A stretch of DNA of 64,000 nt from Planctomycetota bacterium (GCA_965223845.1 CBDCXR010000004.1:128001-192000), one strand, 5' to 3'; positions 10,421 to 22,251 are shown, counted from the stretch's first letter. The notes: a model not told the origin generated them from the letters alone. Numbers and translations are program-made.

Positions 10421-11131
10421 ATGCTCATCTGGGCGATCGCCGACCTCCACCTCGGGTTCTCCACCGGCAAGTGGATGGATGTCTTCGGCGACCACTGGCG
10501 CGACCATCACGAAAAAGTGAAGGACTCGTGGAGTGAGTCCATCGCTGACGACGACCTCGTGCTCCTCCCGGGCGATTTTTCCTGGGCGATGAAGCTCGAG
10601 CAGGTCGCCGTCGACTTCGAGTGGCTCGCCGCGCTTCCCGGGCGGAAAGTCTTGATCAAGGGAAACCACGACTATTGGTGGCCGAGCTCGCACGCGAAGC
10701 TCGAGCGCGCGCTTCCACCGGGAATTTTCGCGATCAAGAAACGCGCAGTCGTCGTCGACGGCGTTCCCATCGTCGGAGTCCGCGGTGGAGACTTTCTTCC
10801 CCGTGAAGGTGAGTCGCCGGAAGGCGTCGAGAAGAAACTCTTTCGCGAGCGCGGCGAGCTCCTCCAATCGATCGATCACCTTCGTGGCTTGAGCGGCGGG
10901 AGTGGCGCCCCGATCGCGCTCTTTCACTATCCGCCGTATCCGATGGGGCGATCGGAGAGCGCCTTCACTCGAATCCTCGAGGACACGGGCGTTGAGCAGT
11001 GCCTCTTTGGGCACCTCCACAACGCGTCGGAGTGGAAGCGAGTGTTCCAAGGCACGCACCGGGGAATCGAGTACCGGCTCGTGAGTTGTGACAGCCTCGG
11101 CTTTCGGCCGGTGTGCGTCGGGACGCGATAG
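10421..11131 (+). CDS. calcineurin-like metallophosphoesterase
   Basis: IADLHL, PGDFSWAM, KGNHDYWW, HYPP, FGHLH. Confidence 0.92.
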   Translation: MLIWAIADLHLGFSTGKWMDVFGDHWRDHHEKVKDSWSESIADDDLVLLPGDFSWAMKLEQVAVDFEWLAALPGRKVLIKGNHDYWWPSSHAKLERALPPGIFAIKKRAVVVDGVPIVGVRGGDFLPREGESPEGVEKKLFRERGELLQSIDHLRGLSGGSGAPIALFHYPPYPMGRSESAFTRILEDTGVEQCLFGHLHNASEWKRVFQGTHRGIEYRLVSCDSLGFRPVCVGTR

Positions 11132-11325
11132 GGGCTCCAAGCCGGCCGAGACCAGAATTCACATCGGATCGACCAGGTCTGATCTGGGACGAGCAAGTGC
11201 GGATCTTGTTCGGTGGCCCCCGCTTTTCTCGCCGCGCGCGCTCTGGCGCGCCGCGCCGGCCCGAGTAGAGTGGAGTGAGTTTCGATCGGATTTCGTTCAT
11301 CCCGACTCCTTCCTCGGTGCCTCCA

Positions 11326-13930
11326 ATGCCTCGATCGCCGCGAACGTTTCTTTCGGTCTGTTGGCTCCTCGTTCTCGGTGCCCCCGCCTACAGCGAAGAC
11401 GCCAAGCGCTCGCCCAAGTTCGAGGGTGCAATCGTCGAGCCGCCCTCGCGCGATTTCGACTTCCGTCACCTGAAGCTCGAGTGCGAGTTCGATTGGGAGG
11501 AGGAATCGGTCGACGGCACCGTGACGCACACGGTCGCGGCGCTCGAGCGGGGAGCACGCAGAGTGAAGCTCGATTCGGTGGGAATCGATATCCGTTCGGT
11601 CGAGCTCGAGAGCGGTGGCGCCCTCTCCTTCGAGACGAAGAAAGAGTCGCTCGAGGTCGACATCGGACGTGAACTCGAAGCCGGCGAGGAGGTCACGTTC
11701 CGGATCCACTACCGCGCCGAGCCGCGCCTCGGCGTCTACTTCAAGAAACCTCTGCCCGGAAGTCCGGACATCCCGAAGCAGATCTGGACGCAGGGCGAAA
11801 CCCACGAAGCACGGCACTGGATTCCGTGTTTCGACCATCCGAGCGACAAGCTGACCACCGAGACGTTGATCACCGTCCCACGCGAGCTGACGGCGATCTC
11901 GAACGGCGCACTCATCGAGAAGCGGGCCGTCGACGGCGACCGCGAGCTCTTTCACTGGCGGCAGAAGAATCCGCACACGACGTATCTCATCACGGTCGTC
12001 GTCGGCAAGTTCTCGGAGTGGAAGTCGGAAGTAGACGGCATTCCGCTCGCGGGCTACGTGCGCGAACGATTTGCCGACCGCGCCGAGCGGAGCTTCGGAC
12101 AGACCGCCGACATGATGCGGTACTTCAGCGAGAAGTTCGGCTACCCGTACCCCTGGGAGCGTTACGACCAGCTCTGCGTGTTCGAGTTTCCCTACGGAGG
12201 AATGGAGAACACGACGGCGACGACGCTCACCGAGTACACCCTCCACGACGCGAACGCGGCGCTCGACATGTCGAGTGTGCCGCTCGTCGCACACGAGCTT
12301 GCGCACCAGTGGTTCGGCAATCTCGTCACCTGCCGGGATTGGGGCGACATCTGGATCAACGAGAGCTTCGCCTCGTTTTCGGAGACCCTCTACGCCGAGC
12401 ACTACCAGGGGGCTGACGAGGCGATGTGGCGCCGACACGGTCAGGCCGAATCATACAAGCGCGAGGACCGGGGCCGCTACCGCCGCCGGCTCGCGACTCG
12501 GCGGTACGCCGAGCCGAGTGATGTCTTCGATCGCCACGCCTATCCGAAAGGCGCGCGAGTGCTCGACATGCTTCGCCATGTGCTCGGCGACGACAAGTTT
12601 TTCCGCGGGATTCGGCACTACCTGCATCGAAACGCCTTTCGCTCCGTCGAGAGCGCGGATTTTCGCATCGCCATGGAAGAGGCGACGGGCGAGAGCCTTC
12701 GTTGGTTCTTCGATCAATGGGTGCACATGGGTGGACATCCCGAGTACCGCGTCGCGACCGAGTGGGACGAGGGTCGGGGCTCGCTCGCGGTCACGGTCGA
12801 GCAAACGCAAACCGTGGACGACTTGACGCCGCTCTTCGACATGCCGGTCGTGATCGAGGTCACGACACCTTCAGGGGCGAAACGGCACAGCGTTCGCGTC
12901 TCGCAGGCAAAAGAAGAGTTCACGCTCCCCGCACCGGAACGTCCGCGCATGGTGCGGTTCGATCCGGGAGATTCGATCCTGAAGGATCTCGAGTTCGACA
13001 AGAGCCGTGAGGAGCTGACGTACCAGCTCGAACACGACAAAGACATGCGCGGGCGCGATCGTGCTGCGCGCGGTCTCAAGGAGTTCGTGAGTCACGAATC
13101 CGTCGTGGAGTCGCTGCTCGGGCGAATCGAGAAGGAGAGCTTTTGGGGGGTGCGCCAGTCGATCGTCCGGACGCTCGACGAGCTGCCGAAGGACAAGCCG
13201 ATCCGCGAACGAGTCACCCGCGCGCTTCGAGATCGTTTCGGTCGTGAGACGAAGGCAGCCGTCCGGCGCGCGATCGTCGACTTAGTAGCGAAGACGGGTG
13301 GCGACGGCGCTCCGGAGTTTCTTCGAGAGGTCGTGGCGAACGAGCCGTCCTACACGACGACGGCCGCGGCGCTACGTGGACTGGGACGCGTGCTCGGCGC
13401 GGGCGCACGTGCCGACGCGGAGGCGGCGCTCGAGCGCGATAGTCACGCCGAGCAGATCCGTTCCGCGGCGTTCGACCTGCTCACGCAGGACGTCGAAAAA
13501 CTCGAGGACAGCGACCGCGACCGCCGCATCGAAATCCTCGCGAAGTGGGCCGAAGAGGGAAAGTCGCGCCCCATTCGCACGCGAGCGCTCCGCGCGATCG
13601 CGCGCCTCGGACGTGGACGGGACGCCGCGTACAGCATTCTCCGCGAGGCACTCGACGACCGTAACGCCCGCGTTCGCCGCACGGCAGTGAGCGCGCTCGG
13701 GTCACTCGGCGATGCGCGGGCGATTCCGGCGCTCGAGGCGTTGAAGGGGAGTGAAGCGGTGGCGCTTCTCCGCAACTTCGACGAGGAAATCGATCGGGCG
13801 ATCGACCGGATCCGGGAGCAACAGAAACCGGACTCGGCCATCGCGAAGCTGGAAGAGCGCGTGCGTGAGCTGGAGAAGAAGATCGCGGAGCTCGAGGCGG
13901 GCTCGGAAGCTTCGGGCGCTGAGGAAGAGT

Positions 13931-13932
<2 letters not shown>
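11326..13932 (+). CDS. pepN: M1 family aminopeptidase N with signal peptide and C-terminal HEAT repeats/coiled coil
   Basis: GGMEN exopeptidase motif, HELAHQWFG…WINESFA zinc motif, AYPKGA, C-terminal HEAT repeats. Confidence 0.92.
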
Positions 13933-14203
<271 letters not shown>

Positions 14204-14216
14204 ATCCGGGAATCAC

Positions 14217-14864
14217 TCACACCGAAACCTCCTCGAACGAATCCACGACCATCGAGGCTTCGCTCAATTCCGCGCGTCCGTGCGTTGTCGTGATCGCTAC
14301 GACATTCATACCGGCTGCGTTCGCCGCCGCCACGCCCGTCGGCGAGTCTTCGATGACGAAGCAGTCCGTCGGTGCGAGGCGCAGTCGTTCCGCGGTGAGT
14401 CGGTAGATTTCCGGATCCGGCTTCGGGCGCTCTGCCATCGTCCGGTCGACGACCACTTCGAACAGATCCCGCGCCCCGATCGCTTCGAGGAACGGGAGTG
14501 GAGTTCGACTCGCCGTTGCGACCGCAGTGCGAAGGCCTCGGGCGCGCACCCGCCGGACGAATTCGAGGCTCCCCGGGATCGGGTCGAGCCCTTCGCGCGC
14601 TAAGTACTCATAGACGTGCCGTTCCTTCTCGGCCATCAGCCGAGCGAGGAGATCGGGGGCGATCGAGTCACCGGCGACCGTTCGAATGACAAGCTCTCGC
14701 GGCGCTCCGATCCCGACGTCGAGGTAGTGCTCCCACGAGAACTCGATGCCGAGCGGCCGGAATGTCTCACGGAACGCGTACCAATGGAGCTCCGACGACG
14801 AGATGAGAACGCCGTCCATGTCGAAGATCGCAGCTCGGTATCGGTGTGGCTCGTCGTGGGACAT
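14217..14864 (-). CDS. HAD-family phosphatase (beta-phosphoglucomutase-like)
   Basis: IFDMDGVL, VATAS, KPDPEIY, VIEDSPTGV. Confidence 0.92.
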   Translation of the reverse strand: MSHDEPHRYRAAIFDMDGVLISSSELHWYAFRETFRPLGIEFSWEHYLDVGIGAPRELVIRTVAGDSIAPDLLARLMAEKERHVYEYLAREGLDPIPGSLEFVRRVRARGLRTAVATASRTPLPFLEAIGARDLFEVVVDRTMAERPKPDPEIYRLTAERLRLAPTDCFVIEDSPTGVAAANAAGMNVVAITTTHGRAELSEASMVVDSFEEVSV

Positions 14865-15028
14865 TCGGGGCTCCGGGCGGGGCTGGAACTCTATCGTTCT
14901 TTCGAGGGAGGGGCAAGCGACGCACACGCGATTCGGGTGTGGCTCGCCGGAGCTGCGGTTTCCCCCTATCATGAAGGAGTGCCACCCACACCGGAGGTAG
15001 TCTCAACACTCTCGGGAGTCCTATCGCC

Positions 15029-15442
15029 ATGGAGTCATCGCGCGGGAAACGAACCGCGACGTTTTTCGTCATCGCCGGCCTTGCGATCGGGGTTGCCGTG
15101 ACTTTTATGATGTCTCGCGATGCCGTGGCGCGATGGTTTCGCGGCGGAGCACGCGAGCCGCTCCCCGTCGTGGCTGCCGCGGAGCCGGCGCGGGTCACCA
15201 TCGCCGCGGGAAAAGTCTCACTCGAAGAGTTCGCTAGTTTTCTCGAGCACGGCACGGGCCTGACCGTGCTCATGGGGAAGGGGGCCGGCGAGCGCGTAGT
15301 GGACGTCAAGAAACCGGTCCCGGACGCCGATGTCGAAATCGTTCGCGAGCTCCTCGAGAGCGAGGGCTACGCGGTCGAGAAAGACACGCTCCCGAACGGA
15401 AGAGACGTCGTTCGCGTCGAGTGGCTCGCCGACGAGAGTTGA
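15029..15442 (+). CDS. membrane-anchored hypothetical protein, GspD N0-like domain
   Basis: N-terminal TM helix, then VSLEEFASFLEHGTGLTVL…VRELLESEGYAV, which resembles the secretin N0 domain. Confidence 0.6.
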   Translation: MESSRGKRTATFFVIAGLAIGVAVTFMMSRDAVARWFRGGAREPLPVVAAAEPARVTIAAGKVSLEEFASFLEHGTGLTVLMGKGAGERVVDVKKPVPDADVEIVRELLESEGYAVEKDTLPNGRDVVRVEWLADES

Positions 15443-15588
15443 CCGACGTCCTCGGCCGGCTCGCGAGTCCGGCGCCGTTGATGGCCTATCGGGCTTCTGG
15501 TACGATTCGACATCGACCGATGATGAGGTTCGCAACTGACGATTCAGTCGCAGTTAACGAACAAATCACACGCGGACGCACACCCTGA

Positions 15589-15665
15589 GGCGGCGTAGCC
15601 AAGTGGCCTAAGGCAACGGTTTGCAAAACCGTCATTCACCGGTTCAAATCCGGTCGCCGCCTCCA
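15589..15665 (+). tRNA. tRNA-Cys(GCA)
   Basis: GGCGGCG acceptor stem, anticodon arm ACGGT-TTGCAAA-ACCGT, GGTTCAAATCC T-arm, encoded CCA. Confidence 0.97.
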
Positions 15666-15911
15666 CTTTTTCCTTCGTGAAGGCGTTCGCGGGGGGCAGC
15701 GAACCGCTGCGTTGTTCTGGTCGGCCTGGTCTGGGCGTGGCCGGTCAGACGCAACTCCGCCGCGAGCCGACTCCGTTTCCGCGCGGCGGTATGAGTCGCT
15801 GGATCTAGTCGCCACGAGCGACGGTGGGGATCGGCCACACTCCACTTGCGCGCGAGGCCAGTTTCCTCGCGTCGAATCACCCACTTTCGATTGCATCGGA
15901 GAGCCCCTAGC

Positions 15912-18554
15912 ATGAAACCCGCCGACATAGTCTCTATCGCACTGGTGATCGGCTTTGCTCTGTCGAGCTCACCGGGAGCGGCGCACGCCGACGCGCCGCG
16001 TGCTTCCCGTGCGATCGTCGACTCCTCGCTCGTGTTCGAAGAGAAGAACGGACTCGTTGCGGTGGAAGCCGAACACTTTTTCGAGCAAACGCTCACTGCG
16101 AAGCGCGGCTGGTACGTGACGACTGCGAATGCGACGCCCGAGGTCGAGCCGGACGGCGATCCGAGCCACATCGCCGGCGCGAGCGGTGGCGCGTACCTCG
16201 AGGCGCTTCCCGACACGCGGCGGAGTCACGGCGACCGCTTGATCCACGGAGAGAACTTCTCGAACCAGCCCGGGAAGATGGCCGTCCTCTCGTACCGGGT
16301 CTGGTTCAACACGCCGGGCAAGTACTACGTCTGGGCTCGTATCTACTCGACCAACACGGAGGACAACGGCCTTCACGTGGGGATCGACGGCACGTGGCCG
16401 GAGTCGGGCGCGCGCATGCAGTGGACGGCAAAACGTCGATGGTTCTGGGACAGCAAACAGCGCACTCAGGAAAAACATACCGGCGAACGCTACAAGCTGT
16501 TCCTCGACGTCGACAAGCCCGGGCTACACACGATTCAGTTCGCGATGCGCGAAGACGGAATCGAGTTCGATCGCTGGCTGATGACGACGGATCGAGACTT
16601 CGCCCGGCCCGAGGGACACGGGCCGCAAACGCTCGTCCGCGCGGGCGAGCTGCCTCCGGCCCTGCGCACAGTGCCGGCGCCGAAGGATGATGCTCGCCCG
16701 GACCCCGGACCGCCTCTCGTCTCGCCGCGACAGCCGGACGGCGATGGTCGGGTCCACGTCTCCGGCGAGCTCGCGACCTGGCACAAGGTAACCATCACCG
16801 TCGACGGACCGTTTGCGCACGAGCGGGATCGCGCTCCGAATCCGTTCGTCGACTATCGAATGTCGGTCGAGTTCGAGCACGAGTCCGGCGAACGAAGCTA
16901 CGTCGTTCCCGGCTACTTCGCGGCGGATGGCAACGCGGCAGAGTCGTCGGCGGACTCCGGGACGCGGTGGCGCGCGCACTTCGCGCCCGATCGAGCGGGC
17001 GCGTGGGCGTACCGAGTTTCGTTTGTCCGCGGGAAGAACGCGGCGCTCGATCGCTCGATCGCGGGCGAGCCGGTCGCGGGCTGCGACGGCCGGACGGGGA
17101 ACTTCGCCGTTCAGCCCTCCCGCAAGACGGGCCGCGACTTTCGCGCGCACGGGCGACTCACGTACGTCGGGCAGCGCTACCTTCGATTTGCCGGGAGCGG
17201 CGAGTACTTCCTGAAGGCCGGACCCGACGCGCCCGAGACCTTTCTCGCGTATCGAGACTTCGACGGGACCGAGTCGCGGAAGGCTCCGCTCAAGTCGTGG
17301 GAGCCGCACAGTCGCGATTGGCGAGGCGGCGACCCGACGTGGAAGGACGGTAAGGGAAAGGGAATCATCGGTGCGCTCAACTATCTTGCGAGCGAGGGGC
17401 TGAACGCGTTCTCTTTTCTCACCTACAACGCCGGCGGCGACGGCGAGAACGTTTGGCCGTTTGTCGCTCCCGAAGCGAAGCTCCACTACGACTGCTCGAA
17501 ACTCGATCAGTGGCAGATCCTGTTCGATCACGCGCAATCGCTCGGTCTCTATCTCCACTTCAAGATGCAGGAACAGGAGAACGATGATCGGCGAAAAGGG
17601 AAGAGCTCGGACGGTTCGGTTCCCGCGGCACTCGACGGCGGAGCTCTCGGCATCGAGCGGAAACTCTACTGCCGCGAGCTGGTGGCGCGATTCGGACACG
17701 CGCTCGCTCTCAACTGGAATCTCGGCGAGGAAAACACGCAGTCCCCGGAAGAGCAGCGTGCGATGGCCCGATACCTTCGCGAGGTTGACGCGTACGACCA
17801 TCACATCGTCGTGCACACGTTCCCCAATCAGCAGGACTCGGTGTACGAGAAGCTCCTCGGCGAGCAATCAGTCCTCACCGGAGCGTCGCTTCAGAATCAC
17901 TGGAACGTTGCGCATGCGAGAACACTCAAGTGGGTGCTCGAGTCCGAGAAGGCCGGGCGGCCGTGGGTGTGTGCAAACGACGAACAGGGGCCGGCGCAGC
18001 TCGGCGTTCCGCCCGATCCCGGCTACGAGGGCAAGGACGGCTGGGCAGTAGAGAAAGATCGGCGCTACAACCTGCACGACATCCGGAAGGCGACTCTCTG
18101 GGGGACGCTCATGGCCGGCGGCGCTGGAGTCGAGTACTACTTCGGCTACAAACTTCCGCAGAACGATCTCATCTGTGAAGACTTTCGCAGCCGAGATCGA
18201 TCTTGGGACTACTGCCGCTACGCGCTCGAATTCTTCCGGCGTCACCGAGTTCCCTTCCACTCGATGCGGAACGCCAATCGGCTCATCGGAAACACGAACG
18301 CCGGAAACTCGGCGTACTGTTTCGCGAAGGAGGGCGAGCTGTATGTGGTATACGCGAGCCGAGCCACGGATGCGCCGAGGCTCGATCTCTCCGGCGCGAC
18401 CGGGCGCTTTTCGGTGGCCTGGTTCAACCCGAGAAGCGGTGGTGAGCTTCAGGCCGGGAGCGTCCGCGAGGTCGGGGCGGGCTCGCCGGTCTCCCTGGGC
18501 TCGCCGCCGAGCGACCCGGACGAGGACTGGGTCGCCGTCGTTCGTCGAAGCTGA
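15912..18554 (+). CDS. secreted DUF5060/DUF4038-type putative glycoside hydrolase with C-terminal collagen-binding-like domain
   Basis: Signal peptide. FEEKNGLVAVEAEHF, WHKVTITVDGP…NPFVDYR…VPGYFAADGNAA (DUF5060), LNWNLGEEN, LWGTLMAGGAGVEYYFGY, WFNPRSGG…DWVAVV. Confidence 0.8.
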   Translation: MKPADIVSIALVIGFALSSSPGAAHADAPRASRAIVDSSLVFEEKNGLVAVEAEHFFEQTLTAKRGWYVTTANATPEVEPDGDPSHIAGASGGAYLEALPDTRRSHGDRLIHGENFSNQPGKMAVLSYRVWFNTPGKYYVWARIYSTNTEDNGLHVGIDGTWPESGARMQWTAKRRWFWDSKQRTQEKHTGERYKLFLDVDKPGLHTIQFAMREDGIEFDRWLMTTDRDFARPEGHGPQTLVRAGELPPALRTVPAPKDDARPDPGPPLVSPRQPDGDGRVHVSGELATWHKVTITVDGPFAHERDRAPNPFVDYRMSVEFEHESGERSYVVPGYFAADGNAAESSADSGTRWRAHFAPDRAGAWAYRVSFVRGKNAALDRSIAGEPVAGCDGRTGNFAVQPSRKTGRDFRAHGRLTYVGQRYLRFAGSGEYFLKAGPDAPETFLAYRDFDGTESRKAPLKSWEPHSRDWRGGDPTWKDGKGKGIIGALNYLASEGLNAFSFLTYNAGGDGENVWPFVAPEAKLHYDCSKLDQWQILFDHAQSLGLYLHFKMQEQENDDRRKGKSSDGSVPAALDGGALGIERKLYCRELVARFGHALALNWNLGEENTQSPEEQRAMARYLREVDAYDHHIVVHTFPNQQDSVYEKLLGEQSVLTGASLQNHWNVAHARTLKWVLESEKAGRPWVCANDEQGPAQLGVPPDPGYEGKDGWAVEKDRRYNLHDIRKATLWGTLMAGGAGVEYYFGYKLPQNDLICEDFRSRDRSWDYCRYALEFFRRHRVPFHSMRNANRLIGNTNAGNSAYCFAKEGELYVVYASRATDAPRLDLSGATGRFSVAWFNPRSGGELQAGSVREVGAGSPVSLGSPPSDPDEDWVAVVRRS

Positions 18555-18595
18555 TCGCGCGCGGGAAGCCGCGATGTTCTTCGGGGGTGACCGGA

Positions 18596-19486
18596 TTACC
18601 GCCGGAACTCGAGCGCGTCCGTGAATCCGCGCGACGCGGCGTTCGCCACGGCGGCGACGAGGGCGTCCTCGCGCCGGACGCAGAGGATCGTGCCGCTCGT
18701 ATCGAACTGCACGCAGCCTTCGCAGTTGTGTCCGTTTGCGGCCATTTCCTTCTCGACCCAGTCCGGCGCCGTCATGCTCGATGCGGCGAGGACGAACACC
18801 GATGCGAGCGTGCGGGGCCCCTCTCCGATGGGCGTGACGGGAGTCCCGTCGCGCGGACGGAAGTCGATGCGGATCGCCTTCTGGCCGGCGAGCGTCTCCT
18901 CCGACCAACCGACGAGATCGCAGCCGGGAATCGTCGGCACGCCGCTCATTTCGACGCCGAGATCTCGGAGCCGCGTGGCGATCGCCTCGAGCTCGGTCGA
19001 CGCGGCGAGCTCGGAGTCGACGGGCTGGGCACCGAGACGCGCGAGGAACGCTTGTGCGGCGCTCTCCGCGAGCGCGTGGTGCGACGCCGGATCCGCCCCG
19101 GGAGGAGCGACGAAGAACACGAGGGTCGCGAGGATCAGAATCGCGGCGGCGACGGCGAATCGAACTGCGGTTCGATGGCGCTCGCGGCTCGCGATCGTTT
19201 CGATGGCGCCGCTGGTTCCGCGTGGCTCGCGCTCGCCCTCGAGGTGTTCGCGAACGCGAGCGGCGAGACCCGACGGGACCGAGATCGACGTCGCGTGGCC
19301 CCGGACGAATTCCTTCAGCCGAGTGCCCTCCGACTGGATCCGGGCACAGTCCGGACAGCTCTCGAGGTGAGTCTCGATCTTCGCGCGGTCGAGACCCGAG
19401 TCGCCGCCGGCCGGGTCTTCCCCGTCGAGATACCGCCCGAGCTCCGCCCGAACCGCCTCGCAGGTGATCGAACCGTCGCGCCTCAT
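18596..19486 (-). CDS. zinc-binding (ZAS/zf-HC2) transmembrane anti-sigma factor
   Basis: C…YLDGE…HLESCPDC, one TM helix, directly downstream of the ECF sigma gene. Confidence 0.88.
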   Translation of the reverse strand: MRRDGSITCEAVRAELGRYLDGEDPAGGDSGLDRAKIETHLESCPDCARIQSEGTRLKEFVRGHATSISVPSGLAARVREHLEGEREPRGTSGAIETIASRERHRTAVRFAVAAAILILATLVFFVAPPGADPASHHALAESAAQAFLARLGAQPVDSELAASTELEAIATRLRDLGVEMSGVPTIPGCDLVGWSEETLAGQKAIRIDFRPRDGTPVTPIGEGPRTLASVFVLAASSMTAPDWVEKEMAANGHNCEGCVQFDTSGTILCVRREDALVAAVANAASRGFTDALEFRR

Positions 19487-19487
19487 G

Positions 19488-20120
19488 TCAGTGTTTCACT
19501 CGCTTCTCGCTCGGACCGAAGCCGAGCTCCTTCGCGTACTCGTGCAGCCGGTCTCGAAGTTGCTGGCGCGCCCGTGAAATCCGGGAGCGAACCGTGCCGA
19601 CGGGGCAGTCGAGGATCCGGCCGATCTCTTCGTAGCTCAACTCTTCCACGTCGCAGAGAAAAAGCGCCGATCGAAACGACGTCGGCAGCTCCTCGAGGTG
19701 CCGCTTGAGCTCGTCGCCGCATTGTTCGTAAAGGGCCCTCTCGTCCTCGGGAGAGAACGCCGCACCGCCGCTCACCGACCCGGGCCAGGATTCGACGGCA
19801 TCGTCGACCCCGACCGCCATCTCGGTCATGTCGGCGACCTGCGGAGCGAGCTTCATTCTCCGGATATGATCGATATGCAGATTGCGCGCGATTCGGAACA
19901 GCCACGCTTTGAGGTCGGTTCCCGGACGAAAGAGATCTCGCTTCCGGAGCGCCTGGACGAACGTGTCCTGCGCCAGATCCTCGGCCTCGGGCGGGCTGCC
20001 CGTCAGGTACACCGAGAAGCGATAGACCGCGTCGAGGTGCGCGAGCGCCTCCGTCTCGAAGGCGGCGGCAGCCGCTTCGGCTTCGGCGTTGTCGGGCGAC
20101 CCTGCAGCGTGCTGATCCAT
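19488..20120 (-). CDS. ECF sigma-70 factor
   Basis: HLDAVYRFSVYLTG…AEDLAQDTF…KAWLFRIARN, LSYEEIGRILDCPVGTVRSRISRAR. Confidence 0.95.
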   Translation of the reverse strand: MDQHAAGSPDNAEAEAAAAAFETEALAHLDAVYRFSVYLTGSPPEAEDLAQDTFVQALRKRDLFRPGTDLKAWLFRIARNLHIDHIRRMKLAPQVADMTEMAVGVDDAVESWPGSVSGGAAFSPEDERALYEQCGDELKRHLEELPTSFRSALFLCDVEELSYEEIGRILDCPVGTVRSRISRARQQLRDRLHEYAKELGFGPSEKRVKH

Positions 20121-20417
20121 TGCGGGAACGATCGGGGAGTCTCGGTGAGTTCCATGAATTTTGCTCGAGCTTCGTTTATAACGCGGGATCCCGATCGTTG
20201 AAAGCGCCACTCGTTTCTCAAGTTACGTCATCGGACCCGCGCTCGTGAGAATCCGTCCGGCGGCCGTTTCCGTCCCTTCTCCACGCGCCCGGTGCGCGCC
20301 GAGGGGCGGCGTGCGATCCGGCGCGGGTGCCCCCGTCTGCCGGGCACGGCCAGGCTGGACGTCCGGGAGAGTCGAGGGAGCGGGGAAAAGATCGCGGCGA
20401 ACGGGGAGGAGATCGTC

Positions 20418-22166
20418 GTGAGCGAAGCTCTTCCCGCCGACGTGAAGTCGTGGCTGCGAGACGTCGAGCAGCGCGTAGCGGCGCTCGATGTTCCGGCGGC
20501 GCTTTACGCGCAGGCGGGAGATGTCGCCGGCGCGCTCGCGCGAACGAGCCGGAGACTCGAGGAGGGCCCTCTCGCGCCCCTTCGTGTCGCGTTCTTCGGT
20601 CCGACGGGAGCGGGAAAGAGCAAGCTCTTCAACTCGCTCGGCGGCGCCGACGTCAGTCCGTCGCACTTTCGCCGCCCGTGCACGCGCGCCGCCGTGAGCC
20701 TCGTCCACGAAGATCACTCCGCCTACGCCGACGCTCTCGGCGGGGAGTGGCGCTCCCATCGGGATCCGCGCTGGCGAGAGGCTCTCTTCGTCGATACGCC
20801 GGACTTCGACAGCGTGGAGGCGGCAAATCGGGTCGAAGCCGAACGCGTCTGGAACGAATCGGACGCGATCGTGCTCGTCGCCGACGTCAACAAGTACGGC
20901 GATCAATCGACTTGGGAGTATGTCGGGCGACTGATCTCCGCACGGCGTCCGTTTATCGTCGTCCTCAACAAGGTGGTCGGCAAAGCTCCGGTGACGGACT
21001 TCTTCGCGCGCCTCGACGCCGCACTTCCGGAGTCCGAATCTTCGCTCGATGAGTTCGATGGACGGAGGCGGGTCGTCGTGCGCGAACATCCGATCGCGGA
21101 CGCGGACCTGATCCCGGAGAGTGACCCGGGGCTCGGCGAGCTCATCCGCGAAACGGAAGCTCTGATCGGCAGCGACTCGAGGAGACGAGCGTGGCTCGCC
21201 GCACGACTCCGAACCGACGTCGAGCTCGCTGCCGCGCGGTGGAACGAGACGAGCGCCGGACTCCGCGCCTATCTCGACGCGCACGAGCGTCTCGCGGGCG
21301 AGCTCGAGAAGATTTTCGCGGACGAATCGGAACGACTCCGGAGAACGCTCGAGACGGACCTCGACTCGAGCGTCAAGAAGCAGGTCTTCGCGCGCGTACT
21401 TTCGGAGATCGAGCGAATCGATCTCCTCCGCTACCCGAGGAAGCTCTTGGCGCTTCCCATCGAAGGGATCAAGACCATCTACCGGCGCTTCTTTCCCGCG
21501 GATCCAGCGATCGACTCCGCTTCCGCGGCGCGCGTCGATACGAGCGGAGCCCGACCGACGGTCGAAGCGCGCGCTCTCGCCATGGTGGAGCGGGCGTCGG
21601 TGGCGCTTCAGCGCGAGGCCGCCGTCGCCGGAGTCGTAGCCGTGCGCGGCGCCGGTGACGCAGCGGCCTCGGCGGTCCCGTCGCTCGGCCACGACGAGAC
21701 CGCGGAGCTCGTCGAATCGCGCGAAAACGAGTTTCGCGAGTGGCTGCGCGCCGAGGTCGAGGATACGGCGGCGAAGCTCACGGGAGAGAACAAGCTCAAG
21801 TTCATTTTGGCGCAGGTTCTCTACAACGGCGTCGTCGTCGGCGTGCAGATCCACACCGCGGGCGGCTTGATGGTGTCCGAGGTGGTGACGGACGCGGTGC
21901 TGAGTCCACTCGTCGCCAAGGCCGTCGGCCTCGCCGTCTCGAGCGAGCAGGTCTCCGCGTTCGAGAAGCGTGCGCGAGACGAGCGTTACCGTCGTCTCGT
22001 CGAAGTGCTGGAGACGCTGTACCGGCGCCAGATCGAGGCGCTCACTCCTCCGGTCGCCTGGCGCGAGGAGTTCGAGGCTCTCGACGCCGAGCTCGAGCGT
22101 CTCGGACGCGGGGCCGACGGGATCGTCGATCGCTTCCTCCAGGTGCCGAGTGGGACCGAACGATGA
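20418..22166 (+). CDS. dynamin-like (YfjP/Era-related) GTPase A with helical stalk and hydrophobic tip
   Basis: GTG after GGAGGAG. G1 GPTGAGKS, G2 RPCT, G3 DTPDFDS, G4 LNKV, long helical C-terminus with a hydrophobic hairpin. Confidence 0.85.
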   Translation: MSEALPADVKSWLRDVEQRVAALDVPAALYAQAGDVAGALARTSRRLEEGPLAPLRVAFFGPTGAGKSKLFNSLGGADVSPSHFRRPCTRAAVSLVHEDHSAYADALGGEWRSHRDPRWREALFVDTPDFDSVEAANRVEAERVWNESDAIVLVADVNKYGDQSTWEYVGRLISARRPFIVVLNKVVGKAPVTDFFARLDAALPESESSLDEFDGRRRVVVREHPIADADLIPESDPGLGELIRETEALIGSDSRRRAWLAARLRTDVELAAARWNETSAGLRAYLDAHERLAGELEKIFADESERLRRTLETDLDSSVKKQVFARVLSEIERIDLLRYPRKLLALPIEGIKTIYRRFFPADPAIDSASAARVDTSGARPTVEARALAMVERASVALQREAAVAGVVAVRGAGDAAASAVPSLGHDETAELVESRENEFREWLRAEVEDTAAKLTGENKLKFILAQVLYNGVVVGVQIHTAGGLMVSEVVTDAVLSPLVAKAVGLAVSSEQVSAFEKRARDERYRRLVEVLETLYRRQIEALTPPVAWREEFEALDAELERLGRGADGIVDRFLQVPSGTER

Positions 22167-22251
22167 GACTCCGCGCGGCCCACGCCTCGATGTTCTCGGC
22201 GCACGGCACTCGCTCCTCGTGCCGGTTCCCGCTGCGCGTGAGGGCGAGGCG

